Numbered from the stretch's first letter, positions 43,287-57,247 are shown. The stretch: 64,000 bases of DNA from Octopus vulgaris (GCA_951406725.2 OX597835.1:4340001-4404000); one strand, 5' to 3'. Translations and numbers: made by a program. Notes: a model not told the origin generated them from the sequence alone.

Positions 43287-43381
43287 CACACACACACACA
43301 TATAGACACAAATATATACGTATTCCATTTTCCGTCTCCATCATTTGTTATATATATATGTATACATATATATATATATGT

Positions 43382-43445
<64 letters not shown>

Positions 43446-43706
43446 ATGTATGTATGTATGATGCATGTATGCACGTATGTATGCATGTATATGGCTGTGT
43501 GGTTAGGGATCTTGCTTCCTAGCTACATGGTTTCGAGTTCAGTCCCACTGCGTGGCATTTTGGGTAAGTGCTTTCTGCTATAGCCCGGGGCCGACCGAAG
43601 CTTTGTGATTGAATTTGGTAGGCGGAAATAACTGCCGTGTGTGTATATGTGTGTGTGTGTAGGTGCTTGTGCCTCTCCGAAAGAGAGAGAGGGAATATAT
43701 ACATAC

Positions 43707-43760
<54 letters not shown>

Positions 43761-43873
43761 ATATATATATGGGGCAAAGACCCTGAAACATGCGTGTCTC
43801 TAGATATATATATATAAATATATATTTACATACATATTAATACACACACAAATTTATACATACATACATACAT

Positions 43874-43905
<32 letters not shown>

Positions 43906-43996
43906 GAGAAGGAGAAGCAGACATCAGACATTCGAAAAAGTGTGATAAATCACGAAGAAACTATCCGTTTAATGAATGACTGATTAGAAGATGCTG

Positions 43997-44123
43997 GGAA
44001 GGAAGGAAGCAAGGAAGGAAGGAACGAGGGAACGAACGAATGCAAGAAGGAAGGAACGAAGGAACGAACGAATGCAAGAAGGAAGGAACGAAGGAACGAA
44101 CGAATGCAAGAAGGAAGGAACGA
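43997..44123. repeat. Purine-rich minisatellite, ~32-bp unit (GAAGGAAGGAACGAAGGAACGAACGAATGCAA)
   Basis: About three copies visible. Confidence 0.85.
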
Positions 44124-44804
44124 GATTGAAATGGATTATATTTAACAGCAGTTATTGAAACCCGGAAACCAGGCATTAAGAGATCGGGTTTGTAAATGTT
44201 GCGCAGTCTTGAATGAAACTATTCTTATTTATCAGTTAACGGACTTAGCAGAGAAGGTTCTAGATTGATTTAATGACGTGGATACTGAATAAAAAAAATG
44301 GACTTCTGTCGATTTTTTTTCGCGAACGAGGTTTTCATTTGTTGAATCACGAGATTAAACTAAAATAATTAAAAAGCTTAGCACACCATAGACACATACT
44401 CCTCATTATATCCTCAGTTAGAATCAGAAGGACTAGTTTGTGCCATAATTGATCAGCTGAATTTCAAAGACCCCATGAAGAGTCCCTATACACTTACTTT
44501 CTGCTCATACAATTTCATTCACAAATCTTTGGACGAGTCGGGGCTATGACAGAGCTCTAATCTCCCTAGGCTGTTGGTCTAGGGAAATTTCATATTGACA
44601 CCGAATTGTCTAAAATAAAACAGCGACCACACTTTAGTTAAAACTTTTAAAGTATTAGCAGAAACGACAGAGAGCTACAATTTCTGCCTTTAAATATTTT
44701 AAATATCAACATTGGTGGAATTTGAACTCAGAACGTAAAGACGGACGAAATGCCGCTAAGTATTTTGTCCGGCATACTAACAATTCTGCTGGATCACCTT
44801 AATA

Positions 44805-45130
44805 ATGGTGAATGGTGACCCCCTTCGGTCAGACACTGACCATGGGTTTGCACCTAGAGAGTTACCATCTGAGGCACAAGTCTGGGCAAGGTTGTTTTAT
44901 GGAAGACCAGCAGTCGCCCATGCATACCGGCCTCCCCCCTCCACGTCACCGATGTTGTCCAAGGGAAAGGCACCTTGACACCTGTGACGTCGCAACTCAT
45001 TTCTACAGCTGAGTGAACTGGAGCAACGTGAAATAAAGTGTCTTGCTCAAGAACACAACACGCAGCCCGGTCCGAGATTCGAGCTCACAACCTCACGATC
45101 GTAAGCTCGACGCTCTAACCACTGAGTCAC
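44805..45130 (-). mobile_element. SINE family C
   Basis: Homologous to 24885-25160, with a longer 3' tail. Confidence 0.85.
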
Positions 45131-45199
45131 GCTATCGACTATAAATACAGCACACAAAACAAAGAGGATGATACAAAAACGTGTGGGCAGTGAGGCTCT

Positions 45200-45540
45200 A
45201 TCTAAAAACACGTCTAAAAAATAAAAAACAAAACAATAGAAAACAGTAAAATTTTAAACAATGAAATTCCCCAATAGGGAGGAGCGCCACCTAGGGGCGA
45301 TTAAGGAAGCTCATAGATCCCGATTCACTCTGACTCACCAGGTGCACTCTGTAAGTACTCCTCTTTCCTGTGTAAATCTGGCCTACTGGCTCATGCTTAG
45401 AGTAGGTACGTCCATTTACTCGGGCCATCTTCACTAAATTTACCCATTTTCAAGAAATTTACTGGGAGACGGCGCCCCCCCTCCACCTTCACTTTCCATT
45501 CCGAGTGGAAAAACAGGAAAGTGCCTTCTTCAGCCCTTCT
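45200..45540 (-). mobile_element. Possible L1/Tx1-like LINE 3' end
   Basis: Minus strand gives degenerate WKVKVE...SPSKFLE..WVNLVKMARVNG across frameshifts, then a T-rich 3' region; family assignment is from memory only. Confidence 0.35.
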
Positions 45541-45865
45541 TTTTCTACATTTTTACTTCAAATTTTGTCATGTTTGACTTCAACATATTTTTGGTCTGTG
45601 GTCCTATGAAAGAAGGCATTTTAAGAATGTCTTGTAATGGCTGGGATGTGCCTCTTGAGCAAGAGTTATCGAAGCAAAATAGCCACAACCAACATTGTAG
45701 GATGTTCTGTTCCTTTGGTATTCGACTCTGGCGGTTCTAGGAGTGTTATCACGGGAAAATAATACTGTTCGCTGCTCCTTTTGTATCTAACTCCACACAC
45801 CAGCAAACAACATCTTACCACAGCACAAAACTCTCCATCATGAATACACACACACACACACACGG

Positions 45866-45919
<54 letters not shown>

Positions 45920-46020
45920 ACACAAACACTCCAAGTGCGCAATTGCCCCCGTTAGCGGGTGCAAACCAGCATGCTCACCAGCATCCTGACAATGTACTAT
46001 TGCTACTCCTGCCGTCTCTA

Positions 46021-46058
<38 letters not shown>

Positions 46059-46059
46059 T

Positions 46060-46114
<55 letters not shown>

Positions 46115-46261
46115 GCTACTACATAAAATGCTAACGACCATCTGATTAGATTTGTTAATTTGACTAGTGTTGAGTTTCCACTTAAGTTTGCTTTGTTAAA
46201 TGTATTTTATTCCAGAGCAATATTCTGCTTGTTTCTGATTATTATTATTATCATTATTATT

Positions 46262-46710
46262 TAAGGCGGCGAACTGGCAGAAACGTTAGCTCGCCGGACG
46301 ATACGCTTAGCAGTATTTCGTCTGCCGCTACGTTCTGAGTTCAAAATCCGCCGAGTTCAACTTTGCCTTTCACCCTTTCGAAGTCGATAAATTAAGTACC
46401 AGCGAAACACTAAGGTCGATGTAATCGACTAGTCCCCTTCCTCCAAAATTCAGGCCTTGAGTCTTTAGTAGAAAGGGTTATTATCATTATTATTAAAAGG
46501 CGGTGAGATAGCAGAATCATTAGCACACCGGGTAAAATACTGAACGACATTTCGTCCGTCCTTACATTCTGAGTTCAAATTCCGCCGAGGTCGACTCTGC
46601 CTTTTATCCTTTCGGGGTCGATGAAATAAGTACCAGTTGAACACTGGGGTTAATGTAATGGACTCACCCTCCCTCAAAATTGTTGCCCTTGTGGCAAAAT
46701 TTGAAACCAT
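46262..46710 (+). mobile_element. Two SINE family A (short-tail variant) copies in (TTA)n
   Basis: AAGGCGG.GA..TGGCAGAA heads at 46263 and 46497, each followed by ATT repeats. Confidence 0.85.
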
Positions 46711-46740
46711 TATTATCATTATTATTATTATTATTATTAC

Positions 46741-46781
<41 letters not shown>

Positions 46782-46936
46782 TATGTTTGACTTTTGCTTT
46801 ATGTCTGTACAAGTTGGCTCCAAGTCTCACCCAGAGGAGACCTCAAGAGACAACAGGTTGGAAGTTCTGTGCCATATATTTGGGGTTTTTTTTTTTTTTT
46901 TTTTGGTGTTGTACTAGTGAAAATAAAAAAAGTTTG

Positions 46937-47008
<72 letters not shown>

Positions 47009-47059
47009 CATTATTTAAGACGTCATACAGTATCCAATATCGTTATGTTGTAGATTGAA

Positions 47060-49140
47060 ATTAATGTGTCTACCGGGGTTTTGCACGGTCTATCAAGTCT
47101 TTTTAGCCGGTTTAAATGTCTTTTGTGTTCCCATTTTCCGCCTCTTATCATATATGTCATTTTGCCTATTTTTTTTGTTAATATTCCGTCTTCCCAACCT
47201 TGTCTTCCATTTTCATATGTTTTGAAAAACACCTTGTCATCGATATTAAAATGTTTTGTCGTATATTTGGTGTTTTCCCTTTTTGTTTTTCCTTCTAGGA
47301 ACAGCTTGGCAAAAATTGACTTTATTTTTCGAGCAAACCTTAGTTCCATAGGCGAATTGCATGAAAATGTGTTTGGATTTGGTGTTATCCTATAAACCCT
47401 CAAGAATTGTGTCAATGCTGCATCGTCGACTTTTTTAATTTCTTTAATGCTCTTTTTAATGTATTCGCGCACCTTTCCGCTTGCCCGTTTGATCTTGGGT
47501 GATACGGAGGAGTAGTGATATGTTCAACTGAGTACGTCTTGCAAAATTTTTTTAATTCATTCGCCGTGAATTGTGTACTGTTATGGGAGACTATGGTATC
47601 TGGGATACCGGACATAGCAAAAAGCTCATGTAGAAATAGCACTGTTAATGTGGGTGTCGGTTTTCGACATTTACACATTTCTGGCCATTTTGTAAAGCTA
47701 TCTACCACAATTAGATAACATGATCGGTTTAACGGTCTTCCGAAGTCTATGTGTAGCCTGGACCATGGAATATCGGTCTTGGGCTAAGGTTGGAATTTTA
47801 TAGGTGGTGATTTCGCTGCAGGATTTTACCAACTTCACGATATCTCAATCAATTTTTGGCCAGTAAACATAACTTCTCATAAGCGACTTCATCCTAGAAA
47901 TTCCTGGATGTCCAGTGTGGAATTCCTTTAACAGTCGACCTTGTAGTGACGAAGGCATTACAACCATCTGAGCATACATAAGCACATTATCACATATCGA
48001 ATACAAATTCGAAACTGTGTTACATCCAACCACACGTACATTTTTGTTTCTTCTGACCTCACTACTTTAAAACAGTTTTATGATAAACTCATCCGTCTCT
48101 GCCGTAATTTTTATTTCCTCCAACGTCACAGGTAATTCACGCACAATATTGCACAATATATTTTTAACTTCATTTTCGGCTTTTAACGCTGCTATCACTG
48201 TGTTCTTCTAGTGGTTCACTGTATTCTGTTATTCATCTTGACAAGCCATCTGCATGTTGCAATTTTTTCGATGGCAAATTCTCCATTTTGAAGTCGTAAT
48301 TCAGTAGGATCGTTCCCCATCGCCGCAATCTGTCGGTTGTATGTCTTGAAATATCGACAGTATTGGGCGGTGGTTTGTCTGCAGACAGAACCTTCTTCCA
48401 TGTATAAATTTATGAAAGTGCTTTACCGCAAATATGATGGCTAATGCCCCTTTTTCTATTTGACTGTAACTTTTCTCAGCCGGCAATAATGAATGCGAAA
48501 CAAAAGCTACTGCTTTCAGGCTACCATCTTCATATTTGTGCAAAATCACAGCTCTAACATCACTTTCACTAGCATCTGCTGCCATTACTATTTCTAATTT
48601 CAGGTCAAAATGTGATAACGACAGTTCCGAGGTTAAGACGTTTTTAATTTATTCAAAAACTTTTTGGCATTTAATAGAAATATTAAAATTACTAAGTCTC
48701 TATAAAAGAGATTATGGCAGCGTTTACTGGAAATTAATTGTTATCGCCATATTAATATGGCATTCTTATAGATATAAGAATAATCGCTGCCGGGCAATAC
48801 CCCGAAACGCGTCTGTAGCTGTCGGACTGGCAGTGTGAAGCGGCTGACCTCCCTTGTTCGAAGGTTATAATGGATACAGATCGTGTATCAATAGCTATCT
48901 TGATGGCGGTGGCCTCATGGAGCTGACCAGCGGCAGCGATTATTCTTATATCTATAAGAATGCCATATTAATATGGCGATAACAATTAATTTTTGGCATT
49001 TGTCTGACTAAATCAACTTAACGTCTTTTTTTAAACAATTTATTCAAGGTTGCTCTTAAATCGTGCATATTCGGTATGTAGAACTAGTAGTAATTTGCGA
49101 GCCCCAAGAATGCTTGTAACGTTATAATGTTTTTCGGGTA
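47060..49140 (-). pseudogene. Ty3/Gypsy pol relic (RT end, RNase H, integrase)
   Basis: Minus-strand motifs AFLGLANYY*FYIPNM, AADASE..AVI.H, EKSYSQIEKGALAIIFAVKHFH, HTGHPGISRMKSLMRSYVYWP, VDSFTKWPE, TPPYHPRSNGQAER, FLRVYRITP; many stops and frameshifts; no LTRs seen. Confidence 0.93.
48673..48989. mobile_element. Penelope-like insertion with internal inverted repeat, nested in the Gypsy relic
   Basis: 12-bp TSD TTTTTGGCATTT (48661-48672 and 48990-49001); ~61-bp perfect inverted repeat 48732-48792 / 48932-48992; half hammerhead at 48792-48813; homologous to 59590-59818. Confidence 0.75.
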
Positions 49141-49187
49141 CAATACTTAAATTCATTCGCCGTGAATTGTGTACTGTTATCAGAGGT

Positions 49188-49446
49188 AAAAGTCCAGGCA
49201 AGGATGTTTATGGAAGACCAGCAGTCGCCCATGCATATCGGCCTCTCCTCTCCACGCCACCAGTGTTATCCAAGGGAAAGGAGCTTGGCATCTGTGATGT
49301 CGCAACACATATCTACAGCTGAGTGAACTGGAGAAACGTGAAATAAAATGTCTTGCTCAAGAACACGACACGCAGCCCGGTCCAGGATTCGAACTCACAA
49401 CCTCACGATCGTAAGCTCGACCCTCCAACCACCGAGCCATGCGCCT

Positions 49447-49450
<4 letters not shown>
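49188..49450 (-). mobile_element. SINE family C
   Basis: Homologous to 24885-25160. Confidence 0.85.
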
Positions 49451-49521
<71 letters not shown>

Positions 49522-50057
49522 TTATATATATATAAATATGTGAATGTGTGTGTATGTATAAGAATGTGTTTTCACACATACACATATAAACACACACGCA
49601 TACATAGACCTATACATATGAAATATGTATGAAGTAGGGGCGTCAATGTTGACAATTAATAACGAACACACACACACACACACATAGAGAATCAACCGTA
49701 AATATTACCTCAGCAGACTTCGAAACACAAACAAGTAGAATGCACAAGTAGACTAAATTTATAAAGACATTAGCCAAATGTCTCACACGTACACATCCGC
49801 GCGCACAATCATATACACAGACTCGGGCACATAAACACACACATATGTACAGAGACACACTCCTACACACTCTCTTACCACTTGGAGTAAGAAATGTTCA
49901 GTACAAGCCATGTTCGTTTGAATTATTCATCACTATTAGCAAAATTAATTAAAACCTAATATGTTTATACATATACATCCACGCACACACACACACACAC
50001 ACACGCGTGCGCATATATACACATATATCTAAATATATACATACATACATATATATG

Positions 50058-50183
<126 letters not shown>

Positions 50184-51263
50184 ATATATATATTGCTATA
50201 TGTATATGATATATAGATTATAATTCACGCATGGATATATCTGTATATTATATATATTAATAATAATTAGTATATGATTATGCAAGTAAGTTATGTGTGT
50301 GTCTGTGCGTTTGTATATGTGAGCGTGTGTGTGTGTGTGTTTGTGTGCATGCGTGTGTGTGTGTGTGTATGTCTGCTTGTGCATGTGAGTAGCCAAAGCT
50401 AATTAGGGATTAAGCATAAACGTAATTAATCTGCATTTTCAGATTTGGTTCCGATTTCAGTCGCTGCTTAGCACCAGCCGTCCCCACTTGGAAGCTCACT
50501 AAATTTACGACTAAAATTAATAAAATAAGTCTATATTAATGAGTGTAGAGTGCAAGAGTATTGCCTCAACCATTGTTAAGACCCTCTCTATTAAGTTAAC
50601 CATGGGTGTGAGAGGGGGAGGGAAGGGCATGAAAGCCACTCAATGTTGCTATCAATACAGAACTGTTGCCAAACATTGCAATTTGATATTCGTGCAGGAT
50701 ATTTATCACCTCAGAATGGCAGCCAGCATTTCACGAGGAAATTATACTGCTATGGGTGTATGGGGGTTGGGTGAGTGAAGGTGTGCGTGTGTTAGTGAGT
50801 GTGAGAATGAGTGGGCGTGTGTGTTTGTGTCAAAGAATGGGTGCGTGCGTAAGTGAGTGAGTGAGTGCGTGTGTGAATGAGCGCGTGTGTGTATGTGCTC
50901 GTGTGTGTACGAGTGAGTGTATGTGTGTGTGAGTAGGTGCATGTGTGGGTGAGTGGGTGAGTGGGTGAGTGTGTGTGTGAGTGAGTGTGCGCATGCGTGA
51001 GTGGGTGCATGTGTGAGTGGGTGCATGTGTGAGGGTGCGTATGTGAGTAAGTATGTGTGCATATGTGAGTGTGTGTGTGTGAGAGTGGGTGTATGTGTGG
51101 GTGAGCGGGTGAGTGCGTGAGTGAATGTGGGCATGTGTGTGTAGGTTCGTGTGTGAGTGAGTGTGAGTGCGTGTGTGAAAGAGGCTGAGCGTGTGTGAGT
51201 GTGTGTGTGTGTGTGAGTGGGAAAATATGTGAGTGAGTGTGTGCGTGTGTGAATGTTTATGAG

Positions 51264-51306
<43 letters not shown>

Positions 51307-51534
51307 ATTTCATTCAACAGAGTAGCAGATGACTGGTGACAATTATCAAGACTAATCTTTAGGTTGGGAAGCAAAGAAGCAAGGTTCTTAGCTCACAGCC
51401 ACTCCCGTATATATATGTGTTTGTGTGCATCTCACTGCGTTCATTATTTTCCCCACGTGCCGGTCTATTGACCCTCCATGCTTGTTTTCGTTCGGTTTCC
51501 TTATGTGTCTCCACTGTCATGTTTTTGTTTCCAT

Positions 51535-51760
51535 CTTTGACCCGCTATAAATCCTAAATTTTATTTTAGAATTTTATGGGAGCAACTGTCTTTGAAGACT
51601 CATATTGTCGTTAAATGCTTGAAATGAGGAGTAGTTAGGCAGCTGAAAACTGATGAAGGGTCCTTTATCTGTGTTTACTTGTTTTGTTTTCCAATTTTTT
51701 CTCGTTGTTTACGTATTTCATATTTGCACCGTTGGTAACGTCCTGTACCCATATGTGCAT
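51535..51760 (+). repeat. PLE pLTR-like repeat with degenerate hammerhead
   Basis: CTGTCT-TTGAAGA...GAAAT...GTT-AGGCAG (51586-51642); homologous to 5045-5260(-). Confidence 0.45.
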
Positions 51761-51822
51761 ATATATATATATACATTATCTAATATTTATATCATAATTA
51801 TAAAAATTTTAATAGTAATAAT

Positions 51823-51887
<65 letters not shown>

Positions 51888-52449
51888 TAATAATAATAAT
51901 AATGATAATAATAATAATAACAATAACAAAAGAATGAGACGTCGATATTAGATAACTAGAAGATTATTTATATATGTTATAATTTAGTACAAAGAGTAAA
52001 AGGTTGTCATTATAATACTCGGAGTTTTGAATGTTGGAATGAAGAGCTACAACACGTTCTCGTCGGCTATTAACGGCAACAGAATCTATGAAAAGCCGTT
52101 GAATAAAAGGGAAGTTACTCTACTAGGAAGAATAGGAAAAAAGAAAATAGATAAAAAAATACACGCAACCATATTCTCACGATATATACACATAAACCTC
52201 CTGCGTTCACAACGTCTACATACGTACACACTCACCAACACGTATACATACATGCACATACACACTCACAAACACATATGTATGTACGTACTCTTACATA
52301 CACACATATCCACACACACACACACACACACATGCACACACATATATATGTATATATGTACGCAACCTTATCCTCATATACACATATGTGCTTATCCGCA
52401 TACATGCAACATAATACATATGTATTTAGATTTATACGTATAAATATAC

Positions 52450-52485
<36 letters not shown>

Positions 52486-52502
52486 GTATGTGTAGGTATC
52501 TG

Positions 52503-52619
<117 letters not shown>

Positions 52620-53149
52620 TTATGTATATATATATATATATATATACATAAGGAGAGAGAGGGAAATTCATTTGCATATACACATATATAAATAAATATT
52701 TTACACATTCACACTGCTCTCGACTCACGCACACCATACCCTCAGTCATATGTAGAACTCTCATTAAATGTATATCGAGGCATGCATGCACATTTTTACA
52801 CAGGACCTACACGTCCATACATCTCTATACACGCACAAACACGCACAAACATATTTATATTACATACCGTATCAACAATTTCCTCTCTCGCTTTCTTTTG
52901 GTTCTTACCTCTTTCTCTCTGTCTCTTTCTCTTTCTATCTATTTCTCTCCCTCTCAGCGCCAAATATTTCCCGCCTGGACCTTATCACGTGGAATTCTTC
53001 ATCCCTGCCATAAACCACTGATCGCTGTAAACGATAGACCAATTATTCTGTTCAAATTCTTTGCATTAACAATGTACAAATCGCAATAAACAAGACGGAC
53101 AGATACTTCTCTCTACAGAGATTCGCACCTCATATAAATATGTGTGTGA

Positions 53150-53153
53150 TTGT

Positions 53154-53218
<65 letters not shown>

Positions 53219-53244
53219 TGTGTGTGTGTGTGAGTGTGTGTGTG

Positions 53245-53316
<72 letters not shown>

Positions 53317-53327
53317 TGTGTGTGTGT

Positions 53328-53398
<71 letters not shown>

Positions 53399-53471
53399 AG
53401 TGTGTGTGTGAGTGTGTGTGTGTGTGTGAGTGTGTGTGTGAGAGTGTGTGTGTGAGTGTGTGAGTGTGTGT

Positions 53472-53530
<59 letters not shown>

Positions 53531-53543
53531 TGTGTGTGTGTGT
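53150..53543. repeat. ~390-bp (TG)n tract with interspersed AG
   Basis: Directly visible; a more degenerate TG/GAGT tract lies at 50770-51305. Confidence 0.97.
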
Positions 53544-54227
53544 ATAAATATAAATGTATGTATATACACAAACACACTGAAGTACATACAAATGGTTGTA
53601 CATAGTTGTATAATGTATGTGCATACATTCTTTTGACACGCATATATGTGTGCGTTTCTGTATGTGTATGTGTGCGCGTTTCTGTGTGTGCGTATGTGTG
53701 TGCGCACGCGCGCGTGTAAATATATGAATATCTTTTCTTCAGTTATTTGTATCAGTCACCGAATTGCAGTCATACTGGAGCACAGCATTAAAGGCTCGAG
53801 ATATTTTAAAAGCCTGATTGTTGTTATTCTATTGTTACTTTTTACGAGGACATAAGCAAACCAGCATCGGTTATCAAAGGAAGGGAAGATAAAGGGCTCT
53901 CACACAGTTTTCTCTCTCTCCCTCCTTCTCCCCTCCCTCTCCCTATCTCTCTCCTCTCACCTTCCTTCCTCCCTTCCTTCCTCTCTCGCTACATAAGCTC
54001 ACACGTGATGGACTTCCGTACAGTTTGCACTGTATAACAAATTTCACTCGCAATTCTGCAATAGTGGACCACTACAGCAAGACATTGGTCGGCCCAGGGT
54101 TATATAGTTAAAAGCAGTTAAGATGTCGTGCAGTGGAAGAGAACCCGAAGCTACATGTTTGTGAAACGGACTTCTTTCTCACACAGTCATGTCTGCACCT
54201 ATATATGTATACTGGTGAGTGTGAGGG

Positions 54228-54273
<46 letters not shown>

Positions 54274-54551
54274 TATATATATATTCATATATACATAAAA
54301 AGATAGAGAAAGAGAGAGTAAAAAAAGTACATTTGCACATACACATATATATAAAATATATTATACACATTCACATTCCTCTCGACTCACACACAAAGTA
54401 TGTATATGTATATATACATACATATGTATGTATGTACGTACGTACGTACGAATGTACGTATGTATGTATGTGTGCATGTATGTATGCAAGCATATGTATG
54501 TATATATGCTTACATTAATATTATGTAAATGGGAATGTATCACTCCCTATG

Positions 54552-54606
<55 letters not shown>

Positions 54607-54639
54607 ATACATATATATATATATATGTATGTCTATATA

Positions 54640-54743
<104 letters not shown>

Positions 54744-55169
54744 CATACACACATCCATACATGAAAAGCGCTTGAGTTGCAATGTCAGTTTCCATGAATA
54801 TTTTCCACAATAAGATGACACAGACGTCAGAAGCCCTGATTACGCTACATGAAAATATTTCTTCGCCATTCCTAGACCCTAATCTCTAGCAAATGTTGCT
54901 GTTAGTTCTAATAAAACAATGAATTTCACAGCTGGCCTGGTAATAAACTGGGACCCCGACGCTCAAAGCAACGAAACCCCTTTTCAATCTCCAGTCTCTT
55001 CCTGCTGTGTTTTAGGAAACGATACAAACCGCATGGTACATCTTATAAAGACTTCTATAGAAATTATAGAGTTTTAGTGAAATCAAGACAGAAGTAATAT
55101 CTATGAAAAGAACCACCTAAGGATGCTCTCTGTAACTGTTCGATCTACTAATGCGCATTTCTTCTTTTA

Positions 55170-55800
55170 AACTTTGGCAGAAGGTTTGTAGTTGTAAAAG
55201 GAGGGGCAAGTCGATTGCATCATGCCCAGTGTGTAACTGGTACTTATTTTATCGACACCGAAAGGATGAAAGGCAAAGACATCCTCGGTGGAGTTTTAGA
55301 CTTTGAACGTAAAGTGTCGGAAGAAATGCCGCTAAGCATTTCTCACTCCGATGCACGTTGACGATTCTTATTTCTCTATGTTTAGCCTACAAGGGGCTAA
55401 ACATAGAGGTGACAAACAGGGACAGACAAAGGGATTAAGTTGATTACATCGACCCCAGTGCATAACTGGTACTTAATTTATCGACCCCGAAAGGATGAAA
55501 GGCAAAGTCGACCTCGGCGGAATTTGAACTCAGAAGGTAAAGGCAAACGAAATACCTATTTCTTTATTACCCACAAGGGGCTAAACATAGAGGGGACAAA
55601 CAAGGACAGACAAACGGATTAAGTCGATTACATCGACCCCAGTGCGTAACTGGTACTTAATTTATTGACCCCGAAAGGATGAAAGGCAAAGTCGACCTCG
55701 GCGGAATTTGAACTCAGAAGGTAAAGGCAAACGAAATACCGCTAAGCATTTCGCCCGGCGTGCTCACGTCTCTGCTGACGATTCTGCCAGTTCGTTGCCT
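55170..55800 (-). mobile_element. SINE family A cluster including a 184-bp dimer
   Basis: GGCAAAGTCGACCTCGG at 55501 and 55685; an older diverged copy at 55170-55365. Confidence 0.85.
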
Positions 55801-56409
55801 GCTAATAATGGTAGCCAAATCTCCATCAACTTATGTCTCAATAAAGAGCATGTACTCCTAGATAGATGATGCCTGAATGATGGATTTGATAAGGGATTTT
55901 AACATCTTTGCGTTATGAGCAATAATAACTACAACCACCACAACAACAACAAACAACAAACAACAAACAACTACCGCAACACCGCAACAACAGCACATCA
56001 AACAGCAACAATAAAACACCAATCACAGATGAGAGGATGATGAAAGGGTGGTAAACGGGTGGAGGGGTGGAGAGGGGGAAGAGTGAGATGAAGAGAAGAA
56101 AGGAATCAGTGTTTACACAACTGTGGAAATGATCGTCGAAGAATGAGCCTTTGGTGGTGTTGGGGAAGGTAGAGATGGTGGTGGCGGCGATTGTGTTGTT
56201 TTTGTTGTTGAGTGTTTGTGACGGTGTTGGGGACCGTGATGAAGTCGGTGGCATTGGAGGTAGAGCTGGTGGTGGTGGTGGTGGTGTGTGTAATAATGAT
56301 GTAGCGGTAGTGATATTCGTTGAAGTGGTTGTGATGGTGTGATGGTGGGGTTGGTGATGGTTGTGATGGTTGTGGTGGTTGCGGTAGTAAAGGAGCAGAT
56401 AGTGTTAGT

Positions 56410-56995
56410 ACACTTTTCTACTCTAGGTACAGGGCCCTAAATTTGGGGGTAGGGGGCCAGTCGATTAGGTCGACCCCAGTACACAACTGATACTTAATTT
56501 ATCAACCCCGTAAGGATGAAAGGCAAAGTCGACCTCGTCGGAATTTGAACTCAGAAGGTAAAGGCAGACGAAATACTTATTTCTTTACTACCCACAAGGG
56601 GCTAAACACAGAGGGGACAAACAAGGACAGACAAACGGATTAAGTCGATTATGTCGACCCCAGTGCTTAACTGGTACTTATTTAATCGACCCCAAAAGGA
56701 TGAAAGGCAAAGTCGACGTCATCGGAATTTGAACTCAGAATGTAACGGCAGATGAAATACCTATTTCTTTACTACCCACAAAGGGCTACACACAGAGGGG
56801 ACAAACAAGGACAGACAAACGGATTAAGTCAATAGCATCGACCCCAGTGCGTAGCTGGCACTTAATTTATCGACCCCGAAAGGATGAAAGGCAAAGTCGA
56901 CCTCGGTGGAATTTGAACTCAGAACATAACGGCAGACGAAATACCACGATGCATTTCACCCGGCGTGCTAACGTTTCTACCAGCTCACCGCCTTA
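56410..56995 (-). mobile_element. SINE family A head-to-tail trimer
   Basis: GGCAAAGTCGAC at 56522, 56706 and 56890 (184-bp period); single tRNA head at the right end. Confidence 0.9.
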
Positions 56996-57247
56996 AATAG
57001 TGTTGGTACCGACTGATGTTGGGAGTAGCAGTGATGGTACTGGTGGAACAGCATTTCAGAATTATGCTCCAGCAGACTTCGAATGGTGACCCATCGGTTT
57101 GGAAGCGCTGACAAAATGGTTTCTTTCTCTCTTTTTCTCATCCCCTTCTTCATTTTACTATCGTTTCTTCTCCTGTTGCTACTTCTATTAAACAAATAAA
57201 GAATGTTTCAATTCTGCATTTGTTTTGCAAACTTATACATGTATTAT

